Assembly (NCBI GenBank): GCA_046081665.1
Contig: JBJTWJ010000140.1
Coordinates: forward strand, 1 to 32,766
Direction of reading: 5' to 3'
From: Alphaproteobacteria bacterium
GTDB taxonomy: Bacteria > Pseudomonadota > Alphaproteobacteria > Rickettsiales > UBA1997
DNA: 32,766 nucleotides
Position numbers and translations under genes: made by a program. Shown here one piece after another: positions 28,691 through 32,766 of the stretch; within the stretch, counting starts at the first letter, position 1; every line of letters starts with the position of its first letter. Under the pieces are notes generated by a model, which saw nothing but the letters and a program-made list of their open reading frames with translations, was not told where the DNA came from and did not search any database.

Positions 28691-29251
28691 GTGATAAATA
28701 AGTTTCCTTATTATTTTATAATTAGTTTTATTGTTACTATTTTTACAATTTCTTGCAAAAACCAAGCAGTATCGCAAAGCCAAAATCTAAAAATTAAATC
28801 ACATCTAAATTTTACTGAAAAATTTTCAGGCAAAGCTTATGTTCTCGATGGCGATTCTATTAGGGTTGGTAAAAAAGAAGTTCGACTATTTGGCATAGAT
28901 GCACCTGAGTATAGCCAAAAATGCTTCAATAAAAAAAATATTGAGTATAGTTGCGGTCTAAATAGTAAGGATTTTTTAATTAAGCTTATTGGTGGTAAAA
29001 GGGTTTATTGCGTTTACGCCCAAAAAGATAAATATGATCGTTTTCTAGCAAAATGCTATTTTGATGATTTATCAGTTAACGAAGAAATTATTAAAAATGG
29101 CATGGCTGTGGTTTATAATTTCACAGAAAGCGATGAAATCATTGACAAACTTGAAGAGCAAGCAAAAGATAAAAAAATTGGGATTTGGCAAGGAGCATTT
29201 GAGTTGCCAAAAAATTATCGTAAAAAAAATCCTAATTTACATAAAAAATAA
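28691..29251 (+). CDS. Thermonuclease (SNase-like) family protein, probable lipoprotein
   Basis: VLDGDSI, RLFGIDAPE, DKYDRFLA, A...K.GIWQG. In-frame GTG 28691 yields a compact signal MINKFPYYFIISFIVTIFTISC; alternative start ATG 28622. Confidence 0.88.
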   Translation: MINKFPYYFIISFIVTIFTISCKNQAVSQSQNLKIKSHLNFTEKFSGKAYVLDGDSIRVGKKEVRLFGIDAPEYSQKCFNKKNIEYSCGLNSKDFLIKLIGGKRVYCVYAQKDKYDRFLAKCYFDDLSVNEEIIKNGMAVVYNFTESDEIIDKLEEQAKDKKIGIWQGAFELPKNYRKKNPNLHKK

Positions 29252-29300
29252 ATTTTGTTAACTTTTCTTAGTTTTAAATAAATAATCTAAATTAATAAAA

Positions 29301-30350
29301 ATGAAAAAAATACGCGTTGCAATTCTAGGGGCATCTGGTTATACCGGAATAGAGCTAATAAGACTTCTTCTTAATCATCCTGCAGTTGAAATTTGTGAAT
29401 TAATTGCCAATAGCAATGCTGATCAGGAAATTCATGAACTTTATGATCATTTAACAAATTTTGATTTGCCAAAATTAAAAAAAATTGATAATACTGATTT
29501 CAGCAAAATTGATGTTGTATTTGGCTGTTTACCTCATAGTAAGTCGCAACAAATTTTTAAAAATATTCTCAGCGATAAAAATAATTCACATTTAACAATC
29601 ATCGATTTATCAGCAGATTTTCGTTATGACGATCCACTTAATTATCAAAAATGGTATGACCATCAACACTTAGCTTTAGAACTTCAAAAGTATGCAGTTT
29701 ATGGGCTAAGCGAGATAAATCGCAGTAAAATAAAAAAAGCAAAAATTATAGCCTGCCCTGGATGCTATCCAACTTCAGCCCTGCTTCCATTAATTCCGTT
29801 ATTAAAAAATAATTTAATTTCAACCAAAAATATTATAATCGATTCCAAATCAGGAGTTTCAGGAGCAGGAAGAAATCTTAAAACAGCGAATTTATTTTGC
29901 GAAATTAACAATTCAATTAAAGCCTATAGCATTGGCAAACATCGCCATATTGGTGAAATTGAACAAGAATTGAGTAAAGCTGTTAACCACAACATCAATA
30001 TTGAATTTACTCCTCACCTTCTCCCTGTTAATCGCGGAATAATTTCTACAATCTATTGCAAAACAAATGACAAGATCAATATTGATGATATTAAAAATTG
30101 TTTATCAACAACTTATAACGATGAATATTTTGTAAAATTAGTTGATCACGAAATTGCTCTTCATAATGTTGTAGGAAGTAATTTTAGCCTCATAGCCGTT
30201 AATCAGGGAAACAACCCTAATACGATCATTATAACTTGCGTTCTTGATAACTTATGTAAAGGTGCATCAGGGCAAGCTATTCAAAATATGAACATAATTT
30301 TTAATCTTGATGAAAAGTTAGGATTAGAAATTAATCCACTATTTCCATAA
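29301..30350 (+). CDS. argC: N-acetyl-gamma-glutamyl-phosphate reductase
   Basis: ILGASGYTG, IDLSADFR, IACPGCYPT, SGVSGAGR, HRH..EI, FTPHL, DNLCKGASGQA. Confidence 0.97.
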   Translation: MKKIRVAILGASGYTGIELIRLLLNHPAVEICELIANSNADQEIHELYDHLTNFDLPKLKKIDNTDFSKIDVVFGCLPHSKSQQIFKNILSDKNNSHLTIIDLSADFRYDDPLNYQKWYDHQHLALELQKYAVYGLSEINRSKIKKAKIIACPGCYPTSALLPLIPLLKNNLISTKNIIIDSKSGVSGAGRNLKTANLFCEINNSIKAYSIGKHRHIGEIEQELSKAVNHNINIEFTPHLLPVNRGIISTIYCKTNDKINIDDIKNCLSTTYNDEYFVKLVDHEIALHNVVGSNFSLIAVNQGNNPNTIIITCVLDNLCKGASGQAIQNMNIIFNLDEKLGLEINPLFP

Positions 30351-30353
30351 AAA

Positions 30354-31694
30354 ATGTCAACAATCTTTGCGTTAATTACCTCGCCAAGTCGTGCTGGAGT
30401 TGCTATTGTCAGAATATCTGGACCGCAAGCTTTAAATTGCTTGTCTATTTTAGGCTGTAAAAAAATTCCTCAATCTCATCAAGCATTTCTTCAAAAATTA
30501 TATAATCCATTTAATAATCAACTCCTTGATAAAGCTTTGATAACCTACTTCAAGTCTCCAAAAAGCTATACAGGCGAAGATGTTGTAGAAATTAATTTGC
30601 ATGCTTCACCATTTGTAATTAAAACTCTTCACGATATTTTATTGCAACAAGTTGGTATTCGTTTAAGTCTACCTGGGGAATTTTCTAAACGAGCATTTTT
30701 AAATGGCAAAATTGATTTGGTTCAGGCTCAAGCAATTCCCGATTTAATAGCTAGCGAAACCGAAATTCAACATCAACAAGCAATCAAACAACTTGATGGT
30801 GAATTAGGAAATTTATATGAAAAATGGCGAACCTCACTTCTTGAAGCTATTGCATTAATTCAGGCAAATATTGATTTTCCTGATGAAGATATTCCAACTT
30901 CAACCATTTCTAGAATTGAAGAAATTGTTAAAACCTTAATTACTGAAATTAAAAATCATCTTAATGATAATTATATCGGTCAAAAAATTAAGGACGGACT
31001 AAATTTAGTGATATTAGGTTCAGTCAATGCTGGAAAATCAAGCTTAATTAATTTTCTTACCAGAAATGAAATTGCTATCGTATCTGATATTGCCGGAACC
31101 ACTCGCGATGTTATTGAAACTCACTTATCTATAAAAGGTTTAATGGTTAAAATTGCCGACACCGCAGGAATTAGAAAAACCAATGATCCCATTGAGCAAG
31201 AAGGAATAAATCGGGCATTAAAAAAATCCCAAAATGCTGATTTAAAAATTTTAGTGATAGATTTACAAAATCCTAATTTTGATCATGATTTAATTGATAA
31301 CAAGACTATCATTTTACTTAATAAAATTGACAAGATTAATGGTTTTGATCTAAAAAATTTTATTAATAAACACAACTTAAATAATTTTTCTGATAAGATC
31401 ATAGCAATTTCAATTACCAAAAATATTAATACATCTCAGCTTATTAAATTAATTGAGGATGAAGTTGAAAAATTAATTCCAAAACTCAATTACCCTGCAA
31501 TTACTCAAGAAAGATATCGAATAATTTTAAATAATTGTTTAGAAAATTTAAATTACTTTTCATTAAAAAATAATATCGAAATTTCGGCTCATGAATTATG
31601 GCAGACTAGTGTTGAACTTGGTAAAATAACTGGCAAATTTGATATTGAAAATATTTTAGATATAATTTTTTCAAGTTTTTGTATTGGAAAATAA
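30354..31694 (+). CDS. mnmE: tRNA modification GTPase MnmE (TrmE)
   Basis: TIFAL, SYTGEDVVE, PGEFSKRAFLNGKIDL, GSVNAGKSS, IAGTTRD, DTAG, NKID, C-terminal FCIGK. Confidence 0.97.
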   Translation: MSTIFALITSPSRAGVAIVRISGPQALNCLSILGCKKIPQSHQAFLQKLYNPFNNQLLDKALITYFKSPKSYTGEDVVEINLHASPFVIKTLHDILLQQVGIRLSLPGEFSKRAFLNGKIDLVQAQAIPDLIASETEIQHQQAIKQLDGELGNLYEKWRTSLLEAIALIQANIDFPDEDIPTSTISRIEEIVKTLITEIKNHLNDNYIGQKIKDGLNLVILGSVNAGKSSLINFLTRNEIAIVSDIAGTTRDVIETHLSIKGLMVKIADTAGIRKTNDPIEQEGINRALKKSQNADLKILVIDLQNPNFDHDLIDNKTIILLNKIDKINGFDLKNFINKHNLNNFSDKIIAISITKNINTSQLIKLIEDEVEKLIPKLNYPAITQERYRIILNNCLENLNYFSLKNNIEISAHELWQTSVELGKITGKFDIENILDIIFSSFCIGK

Positions 31695-31750
31695 TTATCT
31701 GCATTTAAATTAATCATAATTTTTTATCAATAAATTTAATTAAATCCCTT

Positions 31751-32287
31751 GTGACATTTGTTATTGTTCCACAAATTGAAGCTTTAGCTTTTGATGCCTC
31801 GTCATTTCTTAGCATGCATCCAGGTCTAGTTCATGAGATTGGAGGGCACAGCATAGCACACGTGTTATACAGCTTTATCAAAAGAACCTGTCATCGTCGA
31901 GGTTTAAGTAGAAGAGAAATGCGTAAAATTATTAATCGCAGAAATCGCTGGTTTGTTGATAACATCATTATGCATCATAAAAGATTACACGATCATAATC
32001 GTAAAGTTATTATTAGCGATGCCAGAAAAAGAGCGATTAACAAAAAAGAAAATAATTTTCAGGAATCCATGGAACTTGTTATGTCAGACTCTTTCACTAA
32101 TAAAGTTAATACTCGTAGTTATTTTCACGATACCAATAATTATAGCGAAAGTGAGGAGGAAAAGAAAAGAAGATATCAAGAATCACAATTGATTATTGAT
32201 CGGCTTGAAAATCGAAAAAAAAGAGCTAAGAGCAGATGGATTGCCCATTTAAAGCTAACTAAACTCGATGATAAGGATGATTTTTGA
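31751..32287 (+). CDS. Hypothetical Arg/Lys/His-rich protein
   Basis: 178-codon ORF fills the gap between mnmE and rlmH, which is unlikely by chance at this AT content. GTG start uncertain; overlaps the rlmH 3' end by 29 nt. Confidence 0.65.
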   Translation: MTFVIVPQIEALAFDASSFLSMHPGLVHEIGGHSIAHVLYSFIKRTCHRRGLSRREMRKIINRRNRWFVDNIIMHHKRLHDHNRKVIISDARKRAINKKENNFQESMELVMSDSFTNKVNTRSYFHDTNNYSESEEEKKRRYQESQLIIDRLENRKKRAKSRWIAHLKLTKLDDKDDF

Positions 32288-32723
32288 TTATTGTTTGAGC
32301 TCGATAAATTTGTTCAATTAATACAACCCTGGCCATTAAATGCGGTAATGTCATTTTTCCTAAAGACATTACTAAATTGGCTTTGCTAATAATTTTTTGA
32401 TCCAAGCCATCAGCTCCACCTAGAACAAAAGTTATTTTTGAAGAAGAATTTAATTGATAGTTATTTAAAATTTTTGCGAATTCAACACTATCGAATTGCC
32501 TTCCCTTTTCATCAAGTGCAATGAGAACTGAATCACTTTCTAAATTATTTAAAATCAACTCACACTCCTTATTTTTCAATAATTCCGAGTTTAAATTGTT
32601 AGAATTTTTTAACTTTAATTCTTTTAATTCAACTTTATAAGAAATTCTTTTTAAAAATTCATCAAATAAAACTTTATATGCTGAATTATTAAAATTACCA
32701 AATGCCAAAATAATAATTTTCAT
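32259..32723 (-). CDS. rlmH: 23S rRNA pseudouridine(1915)-N3-methyltransferase
   Basis: IALDEKG...S, FVLGGADGL, SLGKMTLPHLMARVVLIEQIYRA..I....PYHR. Confidence 0.97.
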   Translation of the reverse strand: MKIIILAFGNFNNSAYKVLFDEFLKRISYKVELKELKLKNSNNLNSELLKNKECELILNNLESDSVLIALDEKGRQFDSVEFAKILNNYQLNSSSKITFVLGGADGLDQKIISKANLVMSLGKMTLPHLMARVVLIEQIYRAQTIIKNHPYHRV

Positions 32724-32766
32724 AAAAAATTTTAATTTATAATTTCAATTTATTTTTTTTAATTTA

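Noticed and set aside
31010-31045. MnmE G1 motif GSVNAGKS lacking the usual Pro
   Set aside because: GxxxxGKS, the K-loop Asn, G2-G4 and terminal CIGK are intact; probably a tolerated substitution.
1251-32192. Short alternative-frame or antisense ORFs in the track (e.g. 1251-1448, 4749-5117, 5815-6081, 17430-17720, 19013-19198, 24175-24555, 26274-26492, 31953-32192)
   Set aside because: They lie largely or wholly within well-supported genes, have no recognisable motifs and look like shadow ORFs. 19013-19198 is the antisense of the lptD 5' region.

Overview
Gene-dense, very AT-rich (visually about 25-30% GC) chromosomal segment of an alphaproteobacterium, most likely Rickettsiales: the VirB11 closely resembles rickettsial RvhB11 and FolC starts with an 'MVxxPHWP' N-terminus I recall from this order. 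It keeps functions reduced or absent in Rickettsia proper (full-length Rel/SpoT, argC, dadA, a pilin-like protein). About 32 CDS, mostly housekeeping: ychF, mltA, GT2+gmd, lpxD, virB11, porin, folC, dadA, addB, truA, trxA, lptD, secD, yajC, lspA, fmt, pncC/cinA, spoT/rel, rpoZ, map, ilvE, thermonuclease, argC, mnmE, rlmH. I saw no rRNA, tRNA, CRISPR, transposase or integrase, and I cannot demonstrate a complete new multi-gene system. The best leads are: (1) lptD, whose ATG is 1 nt out of frame with its signal peptide across a T9A11 homopolymer (slippage or assembly error); (2) a small lipoprotein with a secretory phospholipase A2 scaffold whose His-Asp dyad reads Tyr-His, ending the rpoZ-spoT-pncC run; (3) a type IV prepilin N-terminus fused to a LamG/ConA-like domain; (4) an orphan T4SS ATPase virB11 packed between a Cys-looped porin and lpxD; (5) a truncated glutamine synthetase-like protein with an altered active site, 2 nt behind trxA; (6) a Rel/SpoT with TFDD in place of RxKD. 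All family calls come from motif recognition by eye; no database search was run.
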